Source of the DNA: the human T2T-CHM13v2.0 reference genome, Homo sapiens
Direction: 5' to 3' (one strand)
NCBI RefSeq assembly: GCF_009914755.1
Contig: NC_060931.1
Length of the DNA stretch: 64,000 nucleotides
The translations under genes were made by a program, and so were the position numbers. Below are positions 14,398 through 31,049 of this stretch, one piece after another. Within the stretch, counting starts at the first letter, position 1. Each line of letters opens with the position of its first letter. A model generated the notes under the pieces. It saw only the letters and a program-made list of their open reading frames with translations. It was not told the DNA's origin and made no database searches.

Positions 14398-16390
14398 GAA
14401 AATTCTTAGGAATATACCTAACCAAGGAAGTGAAAGACCTCTACAAGGAAAACTACAAAACACTGCTGAAAGAAATTACAGATGACACAAACAAATGAAA
14501 ATGCATTCCATGCTCATGGATGGATAGAATCAATATTGTGAAACTGATCATACTGCCAAAAGCAATCTACAAATTTAATGCAATTCCCATAAAAATACCA
14601 CCACCATTCTTCACGGAATTGGAAAAAACAATCTTAAAATTCACATGGAGCCAAAAAAGAGCCTGCATAGCCAAAGCAAGACTAAACAAAAAGAACAAAT
14701 TTGGAGGGATCACATTATCTGATTTCAAATTATAGTATAAGACCATAGTCACCAAAACAGCATGGTACTGGTATAAAAATAGGCACATAGACCAATGGAA
14801 CAGAATCGAGAACTCAGAAATAAACCCAACTACTTACAGCCAACTGATCTTCGACAAAGCAAATGAAAACAAAGTGGGGAAAGGCCACCTATTCAACAAA
14901 TAGTGCTGGGATAATTGGCAAGCCATGTGTAGAAGAATGAAACTGGATCCTCATCTCTCACCTTATACAAAAATCTACTCAAGATGGATCAAGGATTTAA
15001 ATCTAAAACCTGAAACTATAAAAATTCCAGAAGATAACATTGGAAAAACTCTTCTAGGCATTGCCCTAGGCAAGGATTTCATGACCAAGAACCCAAAAGC
15101 AAATTCAATAGAAACAAAGATAAATAGCTTGGACTTAATTAAACTGAAGAGCTTTTGCATGGCAAAAGGAACAGTCAGCAGAGTAAACAGACAACCCACA
15201 GAGCCAGAGAAAATCTTCACAATCTATACATCTGAAAAAGGACTAATATCCAGAATCTACAACAAACTCAAACAAATGAGCAAGAAAAAACAATCACATC
15301 AAAAATTGGGCTAAGGACAGGAATAGACAATTCTTAAAAGAAGATATACAAATGTCCAACAAACATATGAAAAAATGCTCAACATCACTAGTGATCAGGG
15401 AAATGCAAATCAAAACCACAATGCGATACCACTTTACTCCTGCAAGAATGGCCATAGTCAAAAAATAAAAAAATAATTGATGCTGGTGTGGATGCAGTGA
15501 AAAAGGAACACTTCTACACAGCTTGTGGGAATGTAAACTAATACAACCACTATGGAAAACAGTATGGAGATTCCTCACCTAAAAGTAGTACTGTCATTTG
15601 ATCCAGTGATATCACTACTGGGTATCTACCCAGAGGAAAAGAAGTCATTATACAAAAAAGATAATTGCACATGTATGTTTATGGCAGCACATTTGCAATT
15701 GCAAAAATGTGGAACCAACCCAAATGCCCACCAATCAATGAGCAGATAAAGAAACTGTGGTATATATATCAGATATATATATATATATCAGATATATATA
15801 TATATAATATATATATATGATAGAATACTCCTCAGCCATAAAAAGGAATGAATTAATGGCATTCGCAGTGACCTAGATGAGACTGGACACTATTATTCTA
15901 AGTGAAGTATCTCTGATATGGAAAACCAAACATCGTATGTTCTCACTCATAAGTGGGAGCTAAGCCATGAGGATGCAAAGGTGTAAGAATGACACAATGA
16001 ACCTTGGGGACTCAGGAGGGAAGGGTGGAAAAGGGGTGAGGGATAAAAGACTACAAATTAGGTGCAGTGTATAATGCTTGGGTGATGGGTGCACCAAAAT
16101 CTCACAAATCACCACTAACTTACTCATGTAACCAAACTCCACCTACTCCCCAGTAACCCATGGGAAAAAAAATTAAAATTAGGATTAGGAGCCCGAGAAG
16201 CAGCCCCTACTGACACTATCTTTATCTTGCTAGGTAAGTAATTTACCTCTATTTGCAGACTTTCCTTTATGGAAATAAATAATCCAGTAGGTTAGTCACT
16301 TTGGGTTGGCTTGACTGTTATCTACCAAAAAGGTTTAATTTGCTCAGCGTCCTACATGATTTGGTCATCAAGGATGTTTGGGAGGATTTA

Positions 16391-16749
16391 TGTATTGGGA
16401 GATATATTTGGTTGGGCTGTGACAGCAAACATGTAAATGTTCAACAAAATAGAAGTTTATATCTTGCTTACATCATAGTCCAGGAAGGCTGTAGTATTTA
16501 CCACCTTCAACGCATGATTTCCAAGGTTGACCTGGTGATCTTCTCAAGTCCTGTTAACTAGAAGAGAGAAGAGCATGAGGAAGAATATGTGCAAAGTTTT
16601 CATGGGCTAGGATTGGAAGAGGGAGACATTGCTTCTTCTCATATGCCATTGAAGATAGTCAAAGGACCACAACTAAGTGTAAGGGAGACTAGAGGTATGC
16701 CTGAAGAAGGGAAGCAATTCTGGTGGACAGCCAGGCATCTTTGCCATAG
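16391..16749 (-). mobile_element. MLT1 (MaLR, MLT1J/I-like) LTR
   Basis: 'aacaaaatagaagtttat', 'ccacaactaagtgtaagggagactag' and terminal 'ctttgccata'. Confidence 0.6.
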
Positions 16750-17356
16750 GACTGACAACTTCTTAGCTGTGCATTTCCTGTTGGCAGTGACATAGAGGTT
16801 CAAAAATTGCCCTAAACAATGAGTTATGAGTTATCTTGTATCTCTTTCAGCCAGACTTGTTTTGTGTTTTGTTTATTTGTTTGGGAGTGATGATGGTGAC
16901 AATGGAACTTCCTTAAACTCCCAGTGGTTTGCTTGTTTAGGAATTCCTTTTGCTAGTAACTGATGTCAGAGCAAGATGTTTGAATCTGGGCCTCTGCCCC
17001 TTCATGGTTTTGGTTTCTTGGTGACTCTTCAGTGGTGCTACCCATCGTTATGGGACTTGATTTGGTCTCTGTCTGCATGATGGCATTGGGGATGAGGCAA
17101 GGTTAAGGGACCCTCTGCCCCAGGTACTCCCAATATGCTTTATAATCTGGGGAAAGGAGAATGATGTTTGCTAGGGACAAGTGCTTTGGAAACATCTAGG
17201 GAATCTGGTTTCTCCATTCTGGTTGAACATTTACTGGAATTGGGTGCAGTGAGTTGCCTTTTGAAATCCAGAGCATGTCCAGTAGCAGAAAATGGCCTTT
17301 TGAGTAGAGCTGTGTCTTTCTCCTGCTCCACTTTTAGATGGCTCTGCTTGGTCCAT

Positions 17357-17392
17357 TTGTTGTTGTTGCTGTTGTTATTGTTGTTGTTGTTG
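17357..17392. repeat. (TTG)n microsatellite
   Basis: About 12 imperfect TTG units. This produces the poly-L/poly-N runs in ORFs 17168..17434 and 17140..17535. Confidence 0.9.
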
Positions 17393-17676
17393 CAACATCT
17401 TATTGAAGCCATACTTATTGTTGGCAAGAAGTAACCAATACTTCCAAATTCCTGTTTTCTTTCTACCAAGTCCCATAAAGTTCTAAACTCAGTGGGAATA
17501 GGCACAGGATCCGAATAACAATAAACAATGAACAATGATTAACTAATTGCTTTGCTACTGAGTTCTCTAATTCAGAGTGGAGGAAACCTGCTTGTCCTAT
17601 TTACACCTGAACATAGACAATTCCACATTTTGGATCTGTCCTCAGCAATGCCTGTGGTCCTGTTACCAATTATGGC

Positions 17677-18535
17677 ATCAATTAGGGCTCCGTTGGTTGC
17701 CAATGGCAGAAACCCCATCCAAAGTAGCTAAACAAATACAGAAACAGAAAAACAAAAAACACAAGTTCACCAGAGAGTAGTGCTGTTTCAATAGAAATAA
17801 AATTTGAGACTCATATGTAATATGAAAATTTCCAGAAGCCACATAAAAAAATAAAAAGTAATAGGTGGAATTAATCTTAAAATTTAGTTTATTTAAATAG
17901 TATATCAAAAATATAATCTCGATATATGTTCATTATAATAACTAGACATTTTACATCCTTTTTTCATACTGTCTTTAAAATCGAGTGATATTTTACGTAT
18001 ACAGAACAATTTAATTTGAACTAGTCATATTTCAAGTGCTCAGTAGCTGCTTGTAGCCATTGGCTACGATATTAAACAGCATAGTATTAAAGCATATTAG
18101 GGTGGCTCTTAGAACTGAAAGAATTCCTGAAGAACCACCCCTGCTTCTGTGAGATGGTTTCATTACTGTACACTTCTGATTTCTCACTGTGCCTGGGCAC
18201 ATGACTGCTAGCCTGTCTAGAATCACATTCTCAGCTTTATCAGAGAGGAGAGAGCTCTTCATCTTCCCAACAAGCTCTGCCTGTCTACTCCAGCTCCAGT
18301 TCAAAAAACTATTTGGAGAAAACTCTGACTGCCCATTTTCAGGTCAATCAGATGGCCCATTAATGAGGCGAGGTAACATAATTGGTCTAGTGTAGGACAG
18401 AGTGGGGTTCTGTGACTGACAGCTTAAAAAAAATCCTTATGACTAGAGTGGAGAATGAAGAGCTCTCCAAAAGAAGAAAGGTTTCTGTAACAAGAAGAGG
18501 AAAAGAGGTACTGGGAACTCTGAAACAATAAATGT
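17677..18535 (-). mobile_element. Old MLT1 (K/L-like) LTR interrupted by MER33
   Basis: 'ttggttgccaatggcagaaacccc', 'ggagaaaactctgactgcccattttcaggtca'. Confidence 0.5.
17778..18084 (+). mobile_element. MER33 (hAT-Charlie MITE)
   Basis: Termini 'tagtgctgtttcaatagaaata' and 'ttcaagtgctcagtagc...attaaacagcatag'. About 310 bp. Confidence 0.85.
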
Positions 18536-19506
18536 ATACATTCTCCTATGCCCAAGGAAGAATTACTGTACACTTGAATAAAATGTAAACAGGAATAAAA
18601 TAAAACAGGAATAAAAGTACCTGTTTATGCAGGTACTATGACTATTGTTGGATGAACTGAAAACTCAGGTACAGACATTAGTATATGTGCTTGCTATGTA
18701 AATATTCAGTGAGCAAGCTTGGAATTTCTAGAAAATGAAAATGGCAGCTTCATTTAACAACTAACTCCTTAATAAGCATATTTCTCACACTTATTTTGGT
18801 TTTTTGGTTAAAAAATAATCAGGATGCATAATACATTGATTTGGTAGTTTAATATTAAATCATAAAATGTTGTCTTCCTGACTAGAAATGAATGTGTGGA
18901 ATGTCGGAAGAAAAAAAAAGTCAGGGATCAATAGTATTTTTAAGATACAGTCATGGTGATTATTTTATAAAAATGAAAAGATAACAGAATCCCATAAAAC
19001 CCTGATAAGCAACAGACCCTACTGTTTCCAGGACCTTGCCAATTACTGTCAGTTTGCAAAATCCTTCCTGTGAAGATTGACTGATGTATGAGTGTAACTG
19101 TGGATCTTTTTCTCAGATGAAGACACAGAGCAGAAGCTTCTCTGGCTGCTGTGGCAGGTGATCATTTAAGGTTAAGGATGATTACTGTTTATCTTAGTCT
19201 GCTGGGACCCATCAGTAGCTTTCAACACTATGAATATATATGATGCTAATGTTCCTCTTAAATGTTCTGGCTAATGTAAAGGAGACAGCTTTCTCCAGGG
19301 TAAATTCAGTCCTAACACACTGTAGCTGAAGATGTTCCTATGCTTGGCCTAAATTAGTACTGATTGCAGGATTATCTTGAGAATCAGTGGAGTTGAAAAA
19401 AATATCTTTTACAGTTTTGTGCTTTAGTTCTTCCTGTCCCTTCCATGTGGTGCTGGAAAGTCAAAAGACACGGCTGTCCACTACAATGCCCTCTTCATCA
19501 CAAAAT

Positions 19507-19675
19507 CAGCATTTTTCTAAGTTAAATGTGCTTCACAATCAGGTAGGTGCTTAAAAATGTATCTCAGATGGCGCCGCCACTGGAGACTTTCAGTATATTT
19601 GGGGTGAGACTTAGAGATATTGATGTTTTTATAAGCCCTGTAGGTAATTCTAATGTACACACCTTTAAACTCAAA
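19507..19675. mobile_element. MER5-like hAT-Charlie MITE
   Basis: 'tttttataagccctgtaggtaattctaatgtacac' resembles the MER5 terminus. Confidence 0.55.
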
Positions 19676-19954
19676 CTTGAGTTTAAGTTGTGTCACTGTC
19701 TCTAATTTTCCATTCTGATAATGTATGGAGGAATGAAATAAAAAAACATGAAATGACAGTTCCCTTCATATCAGCTCCTTCTCAAAAAATTTTAAATCCA
19801 GGGGTATCCAGGGAGGGGAGAGTCTGGAGGAGCTCCAGGTGTCTGAACCTCCTGAGATGGTATGCAACATTTTATATACCTGTGCATTTTTTAAGAGAAA
19901 TATACTTATAGCATTTATCAGATTCTTCAAATTCTCAAGTTCTAAATAGATGCA

Positions 19955-20785
<831 letters not shown>

Positions 20786-21082
20786 GTAGTCACTGTTGGA
20801 TGTTATATCCTTAATTAGCAAAACATTTTTTTTTAAATCTTATTTAGGAACTAAGGGCAGAATATGTGTATGTTTCTTAGTATATCCTCAAGGGTAGGAA
20901 AATCATTGCCCTTTAGGAGTGAGTAGATTCATATCAGAAAACTAAAAAATTCATGTAAAACCAAGTCTGTTGCACTTATATAAAAATATCAATGTGAGAC
21001 TTATATTTATATGTTTTCAAATTACTTGCTCCAAGCAGTCAAAACAAGAGTTACATAAGCGTATAACAGCAGGAGGTAAAAA

Positions 21083-21645
21083 CTTTTAAGGTCAGGTTTA
21101 TTGAAGTATAATGTACAGACAGTAAAATATACCCTTTGTAGGCATACAGTTCTATAAGTTTTGACCAACTTATACAAGTGTGTAACTACCATCATGGTCA
21201 AAATACAGAACACATTCATCATCCTCAATTTCAAAGATTCCTTGCGCCCCTCTGTGGAGAATCCTTTCCCTCCTCTCTGAGCCCCTGACCACCACTAATC
21301 TCTTTTCTTGCACTATAATTTTTCTTTTTTTTTTTTCATTATACTTTAAGTTCTAGGGTACATGTGCACAACGTGCAGGTTTGTTACATATGTATACACG
21401 TGCCATGTTAGTGTGCTGCACCCATTAACTCGTCATTTACTTTAGGTATATCTCCTAATGCTATCCCTCCCCCCTCTCCCCACCCCACAACAGGCCCCGG
21501 TGTGTGATGTCCCCCTTCCTGATTGCACTATAATTTTTCTAGCTTTCTCCAGAGTAAATGCATACTGTTACCTTAATGGTATCATACAGCATGTTGTAAG
21601 TGAGCCTGGCTTCTTTTACTTAGCATAATGCTTTTGAGATCCAAG
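21083..21645 (-). mobile_element. L1MC/ME-type 3' end, interrupted by a short L1PA
   Basis: 'tttattgaagtataat...catacagttctataagttttgac', resuming after 21540 with 'ggcttcttttacttagcataatgcttttgagat'. Confidence 0.7.
21326..21522 (-). mobile_element. L1PA (L1PA4-like) 3'UTR-only insertion, ~197 bp
   Basis: Perfect 18-bp TSD ttgcactataatttttct (21308-21325 / 21523-21540). Poly-T followed by antisense 3'UTR. Confidence 0.95.
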
Positions 21646-21744
21646 GTGACTTTTGAAAAGAGGAAATCACTGTTTTGTCTATATTCTGGAATGTTATTGA
21701 AAAATTGCATCAGGGAACCCCATACACATTTTCTACTATGTGAT

Positions 21745-24012
<2,268 letters not shown>

Positions 24013-24634
24013 TTGGAGAGAAAAACTGAACTTCAAAAAACCCACAAAACCTCTGCTACCAAAATTATACACATCAAATGTTGATCCAATCTTGTATCAA
24101 TCTATTGACAATTAAACAACACCATGTTTTCCTCACCTGGTTTAGTTAAACATACCCAGATAATATTTAATAAGATAATTATTATTCAAAGTATTTGTTC
24201 CTTTGAAACGAACTTTTAAAGAGAGCTCAAATCCTCAACAAATAAGCAAAACCTTTTGCCAATCATAAATTATTAATGACATCTCCAAATTTCCTCCAGA
24301 AAAATAGGTTTCAGTTTTTTTTTCCAGTTGACAAACTTTGAGAGACACTGCTGTTCAATGCAGCACACACATGAATAAAGACACTTTTTGATAACAAGGA
24401 CATTATAATAAAATACCCCTCATACCTCCACCTCTAAATACAAAATTTCTCCTTTGGAATTAATGTTGCTTTCATCTCTTGAATTTAGATTCAATGATCA
24501 ACAAACCTAAATTAGATCTAGCCATAATCTTTAAAATGATTGCATAAAAATAGGGAAGTAGTTTAAAGCTCTCAGAAACATAAGTTATAATAATAGATAT
24601 ACTTTATCAGGCTACAGGAAATGTAATATCATTT

Positions 24635-24770
24635 TAAATACCAGAACCCTACTCTTGTACCAACATCTGGATTAGCATCTCACCAGAGAAACAAAACCAG
24701 TAGGAGATTATACATATATATATACACATATATAATGTATATGTATAACGATATAGATGTATATGTATAT
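24635..24770 (-). mobile_element. MLT2 LTR 3' end with adjoining internal start
   Basis: Reverse complement reads 'cctactggttttgtttctctggtgagatgctaatccagatgttggtac'. Followed by a (TA)-rich tract. Confidence 0.6.
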
Positions 24771-24895
24771 AGATAAGGGAGGGAAGAAACATATATACAT
24801 ATACATATATACATACATATATGTATATATAATACATATATTAATATATCTTATGTTATATATATATGTGTGTGTGTATATATATGTATATATGT
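24700..24895. repeat. (TA)/(TG)-rich low-complexity tract containing inverted repeats
   Basis: Direct inspection; see findings. Confidence 0.9.
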
Positions 24896-25775
24896 TTCTT
24901 CCCTCCCTTATCATCTAACATAAGATATATTAATAAGTTAACTTTACATCTCTGTATTTAAGTAACAGGATATCAAAGAGAAAGTGAGTATCACCCAAGG
25001 ACTTTGCATCCTCTTCTGGAAAAAGATTATTATGTTTTCAGTTTTATGTAGGATAGTTTTATCAAGTTAAGTGGAAGAATGACTTTGTTATTATCTTTAT
25101 TTGAAGGCCAGGTATGGTTTAAGGAGATATGTATGGGTGCCAAGACGACAAGGGGTGCATTATGAAGGACACTTCTTTTTTTTTTTTGAGACGGAGTCTT
25201 GCTCTGTTGCGTAGAGCAACACAGCTGGAGTGTAGTGGCACAATCTCAGCTCACTACAACCTCTGCCTCCCGGTTCAAGCAATTTTCCTGTCTCAGCCTC
25301 CCAAGTAGCTGGGATTACAGGTGCGCACCACCACGTTGGGCTAATTTTTGTATTTTTAGTAGAGACAGGGTTTTGCCATGTTGGCCAGTCTGGTCTCAAA
25401 CTCCTGACCTCAGGTGATCCAGCCTCCTTGGCCTCCCAAAGTGCTGGGATTACAGGAGTGAGCCATTGCACCCAACTGAAGGACACTTTGTGTGTCAACT
25501 TGGCTATGCTGTAATACCCAGCTACTCAATCAAACATGAAACAAGGTGTTTTTGTGAAGGTATGTTGTAGATGTGATTGATATGTATAATCAGCTGATTT
25601 TAAGTAAAGCAGATTATCCTCAATAGTTGACATGGTCCTGATATAGTCAGTTGAAAGGCCTTAAGAGCAGAACCGAGGCTTCCCTGAGGAGGAAGAAATT
25701 CCACCTGTGGACCACAGCATCAGCCCATGCTCGAGTTTCCAGCCTCCCTTTCTGGTGGTCTGCCTTATAGATCTC
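24885..25775 (+). mobile_element. ERVL internal 3' end plus truncated MLT2 LTR (LTR from ~25161), interrupted by Alu
   Basis: 'gtatgggtgccaagacgacaaggggtg' (polypurine-tract region), then 'tgtgtcaacttggcta...aagtaaagcagattatcctc'. Confidence 0.75.
25175..25476 (-). mobile_element. AluS
   Basis: TSD tgaaggacactt (25163-25174 / 25477-25488). Confidence 0.95.
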
Positions 25776-26560
25776 AGTTACATTCTTTCCTTGCCATCAC
25801 TTGCTCTTGGAGGCTCTTCCATAGCCCTCCAGCATCCTTCATGCCTCCCATTTAGTTTTAAGGGTTTCACTACAACTCAGAATAAGAAATGAACAGGGGA
25901 TAACAAATGTAACTGACATATTTTACAAACATTCTCCTGAAGGCTGCAAAATCTCAACAACCGTGGCCCTTGACTTACAGGTCCTGGCTTTGTCCGAAAC
26001 AAAGAGGAATCCTGTGAGGCTTCTATTGATTTGATAGGGGCTCATAAATGCCTCTTCTAAGAACCTTTCCCTTCTCTAGGGCCCTTTCTTACTAATTTGA
26101 AGTTGGACCCGAGGCAGAACAACGGATTCCTCTTTGTCTTGTGTGGCCAGTCCTCATTCCTGCAAGAGATGGCTCAGTCCCTATTACCTCACATTTTTAG
26201 CTGAAAGGAAAAATTATATGAATTTTAAATGATAACCAGTTTAATAATGCTAATAAGTAATATTTTTCTAGTTCAATAATATGAATATTCTTAAAAATAT
26301 CAAGACTGAAAGCATGGCTGTTTACAATACCCAAGCTCATGATCCCTGATTGCATTTCTAATGGTTCATTTCTTTAGGATGACTAAAAGGAACTTTTCCA
26401 AATGAATGCTGTTGATATTGTAAATACTAAGGCAGTAGGCTGATTAAAATGACCCTGGAGAGAATGGTCAAAATTTGCTTTATTCTCCATCTTTCTATCA
26501 TGAAAGATAATTTTATGGCAAAGAACAGATATCAGGAAGACACTGGTAAAAAGAACATCC

Positions 26561-26864
<304 letters not shown>

Positions 26865-27654
26865 AAAAAGAACATCCTACCTTTTCATGATATACTTACT
26901 ATACAGATCTCAAAGCTTCTACAAACAAATTGAGTGTAGTACTTCAGACCAATGGGAATAAACATGTTCAGACTTGGTCTTTATTAATAGTCCCTACTGA
27001 AGCTCATGAGCACAAGAGTGCACAATAATCCAATGAACGCTGGGCCTCTGTAATACAGGTAAATCGAATAAGTCAGACAATGTCAATATTTCTGATTCAA
27101 CTTTTCTGTGTAAACTATGAAAATGAGCCACCGTGTCCACGATGATTGTCCCAGATGTAATGAGTATCAGCTATATGGTCACAGACATAGTACATTGTGC
27201 TATGAAAGAGAAAAAGACACTGCATGCTTTAAAAAAAATGCAAGTTTCTATTTTTAAGTCTCATGACTGCCCCTAAATCGCTTGCCTCATTTCCTTCTAA
27301 CAGCTGTCTTCAAGAAATTGGAGAATTGGAGAAAATATATGTCCAGGAAAAAATAAAGGCTAAGATCTTCAATTGCTCCTCTGGGAATTATATGCATGAG
27401 TTCCTTCATGTGGATCATTTATTCTCTAAGTTTTAAAGTTGTATACATTGTTCAAGTTCATGGAACATTCTAGGTAACTGGATTTTGCAGCTATGATAAT
27501 GATGATAATCAATATTTCTTAAATTTAAAAAATGATTTGAGCAGATACTAATGCCTTATGAATATCTAAGTTTTATGGATCAGACATGTGCACAGAGCTC
27601 TTTGTTAATAATACACTAAAAATCAATTTGTTTAGTCATTCATCAGGTATTTAT

Positions 27655-27810
27655 CCCTTACTAGCTTTCTGGCCTTGGGCAAATCACATAACCTCCATGG
27701 GTCTAAGTTTTTTCATTTATAAAATAAAGAGAATAATAAAATGTATAACTCAGGGGAATGTTTGGAATTTACTCACTTTGCAGAATGCCCAGTGCATTGT
27801 TGGTACTTTT
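27655..27810 (+). mobile_element. MIR
   Basis: Core 'ccttgggcaaatcacataacctcc...tttttcatttataaaat'. Confidence 0.65.
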
Positions 27811-27849
27811 AGTTTGTGTCACTGTTGTCACTGTGGTTGACAGTATAGT

Positions 27850-28660
27850 TCATCTCCATGTGCAGGTAATCTCAAGGCACAGGGCATGGAAAGAATAAAT
27901 TACCCGTGGCCCCTTCTCTTGGGAGACTCCTTGTCTAATGGGAGAAAGGCATATAAGCAAATATTTGCACTTCATTGCTACATCTGCAAAAATCAAGGCC
28001 CAATGTATTGAGTGTCACGGCAATCCAGAGGAGAGAGTGTTGACTTTTCCTGGAATTATGAGGAAATGCTTGGAAGGACAACTGACTTTTGAGCTGAGCC
28101 TTGAGGGGTGGGAGGGAACCATCTAAGTCAAACTAGAAGTATAGGAAATCTTTGTGTGTAAGGACACATCATCTGAGAGATGTGAATGAAGATGGCTCAT
28201 GTGTAGCATAACTAGTAATTCAGGAGGGCTGTGGCATAGAGAACATGTTAGGGTTGGTTGGAAACAAAATATATTATGACATTAGTTACTTAATTGCTTA
28301 TTTGTTACCTGTCTCTTCCACTAGAATTTAAATTTCATCAGGGCAAGGACTTAGCTTATTTTATTTTCTTCCATATTCCCAGCAACTTCCAAAGTTCCTA
28401 AAGCATGGTATAATTATATATTATTGTTTGATAAAATTAATCAGTTATCTATTAATTACCCAATTTACTTGCCTCTAACAATGTTCTCATCCCTTTCTTA
28501 TGTGCTTCTGTGTCACTTTGTTAATAACTTTCTAGTGATAGTTTTGTGTGCTGGTCTCCTAACTCCCTTACAGATTAGAAGCTCTTTATGAAAAGTGACC
28601 AGCATCATGGCTACTGGCACATAGTATAGATGCATAAATGTTTGTTGAATGTAAATATTA
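27850..28660. mobile_element. Cluster of L2 fragments (both orientations)
   Basis: Antisense 'gtctaatgggagaaaggca' and 'ttgagctgagccttgag'. Sense 3' ends 'ccactagaatttaaatttcatcagggcaaggac' and 'tggcacatagta...taaatgtttgttgaatg'. Confidence 0.55.
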
Positions 28661-31049
28661 AACTGTAAAATACTCCTATCAGATTATTTCCTAATTTGTT
28701 ATAGAACACGAATATGGCAGATGCCAGAAAGAGAGCTGAGGAAAAGATGCAGAAGGCAAGCTAGCCCTCCCTCATGATGGAGCATCTGTGCTCTGTTCAC
28801 TATCACCTGCTTACAGAGAAATGAAGTCTGCACATGCATGTGTTTTGTACCATATATACCACAGTGAAGCATGCAGACATCTTTCTTTAGATAGTAGTTG
28901 CTAGATATCTATGTCTTGCCTACATTAAACAAGTAACTCTAATGTTTTGCTCAAACAATTTTGATAGACCCAAACACATTTTGAAGGTCCAAATTCGCTA
29001 CATTTTTTAGGGTAACTTTTCTTTTACATAAAGCAAACATACGACTCTAGAGGGACCAGGTGGAATGATTTAGAAGTAAAAACTAACATTTCATTCAATG
29101 GCCATCAACTCCCTTTACAGGGAGCTGTCCATGGAATTTTTCACATATTATCCTCCCTTCCCCTCCCTTGACTTGGTGGTTATAAAAATCTATGACCTCT
29201 GCCCTGTAGGATTTATAATGAGCTAGAAAACAGGCTTTTAATAAGAAAATTACGGCTAAGGCAGAATGTGATGGGTGACGGGTGAGTGGTACAAGGAATC
29301 AGCTGGGGTCATAAGCAAACGTGAGCCTAAACATTAGCTGCTGTAACATGATCAACTGCTCGCATTTTCTTTATGGTGAAATTAGCTCCAGGAAAGCTGG
29401 GATCCTATCAACTCTATGTACTATTGTATCCCAGTACTTCTTCTAATGCCTCATATAAAATAGGTGATATCAATAAATATTTGTGGGATGAAGGGCTGAA
29501 TTCTTCCCTATGAAAAAGTTCCTCTCCTGCTGTCCTCCCAAAGCAGCTGTATACGAGAGTGTTTGAAATTGTTAGGCAATACAACAAATGCAAATAACTG
29601 TTCTTGCATGCCTAGAGTCACAGTGGGTGAAATGGCTCTGCTCCTGGCCCTGTTTGGTGCACCTTCTTGACCACTAAGTGTGCCACTGTCCTCACCAACG
29701 AGAGCTATCAGACCACTCCTGAAGGCAAATGACCCTTGCAGCAGGTCTAGTTCCTACAGGAGGCAGATAATATCACAGCAAGGTGCATGTGTACAAAATA
29801 GCATACTGTGTACAAAATAGCGTACGCCACAGACATTATAATGACCTCTAAGACTTGCTTTTGTTGTTTTTCAATCTTTTGTATTTCTTGTACACATTTC
29901 TTAGTAAGAAAACCATAGAGAAGGAAATGTACACCTGCAGATGTACACTCAACTTCTGAGGTAGACAGGCAGGGCCAACCTACGGTATTGCTCTGTGTAC
30001 TAGCTGTGAGTAGGGTCGGCAGCTTCACAAGAAACATAAGTCCAGAAGTGACAAGAAATCCACAGGCAGACTCTCATCAATCCATCCTCTTGGCTTAAAG
30101 TTGAAAGCCAACACCTGTCAAAGAGTTAGTTGTTATGCATTATCAATCACATTTGTATGCATGAAGGCATCTGCTCCTCTCCTGCCAGAGCCTAATGTAG
30201 TGAAAAGCAGAAGGTTTACTGAGTGCTGGAAAAGGGAAAGAGGGCGACTGGAGGGGAGAAGGATCACAGAAAGACAATCTCAGGAGCACTAGGAGATAAA
30301 AGCTATTAAAAGATAAAATTATGTTAATTCCAGTTATTGTGCCACTACATATATAAAATCATGGTCAATTACAAACTTATTTTCAACATGATAAGAAAAA
30401 CCTGCATGTTGTACACATCTTTTTATATTTCTAAAAACAGAGGAGGAATGTAAGTCACATCATAAACGTGAATAGCTAAATTTTTTCAACACAATTCCTT
30501 GATTGGTCAAAATCCCTTCCTGCTCTGTAGTGAGGACTCCAGATTGACTTTTTGATAAATTATTCTCCTGTTTTTGTGGAGTGCACATTGTAGAAAAGAC
30601 TGTTGGTGGCTGCTTAGATGACCAAAACATTAATTGTTCTTCCAAGTACCTGTGGCAGAGTCTTCATGTTGGAGAATGGGGGTTTCACCAAGTATCCTGG
30701 TGTACAAGAAAATGATACAATTCCCATCAGAGGTCCTCTTTCCATTAAGGAGAGGAAATGAAACAATCTGATTCCTGAAGATATGCCTGAATAAGTCCTT
30801 TTATCCAATATTCCTCTGTGCCCCTTGAAAGATACTCAGTCTTTGCCAAGTTGAGGTCTTGTGGGGTTTACAAGGCTCTTTGGAGCTGCGTCAAGAATAC
30901 GTTGGAAAAATATTTTATCTTCCAGTTGACTGCATGTGAGTATGCAGAGTCAGAATCCTGAAAATTTAGCACTTTGGGGGAATGAGAGAGGGTTGGAATG
31001 TTTCAGGAGGTACTGATTATGACCATGAGTATCAGGATGATTACGACCA

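Noticed and set aside
17168-17434. ORF with poly-Leu, signal/TM-like stretch
   Set aside because: It is caused by the (TTG)n microsatellite, has a non-ATG start and shows no other coding signal.
19117-19170. Possible small exon after 'ctttttctcag'
   Set aside because: The donor sites are weak (gtgatc/gttaag) and I recognise no peptide. It cannot be supported without transcript data.
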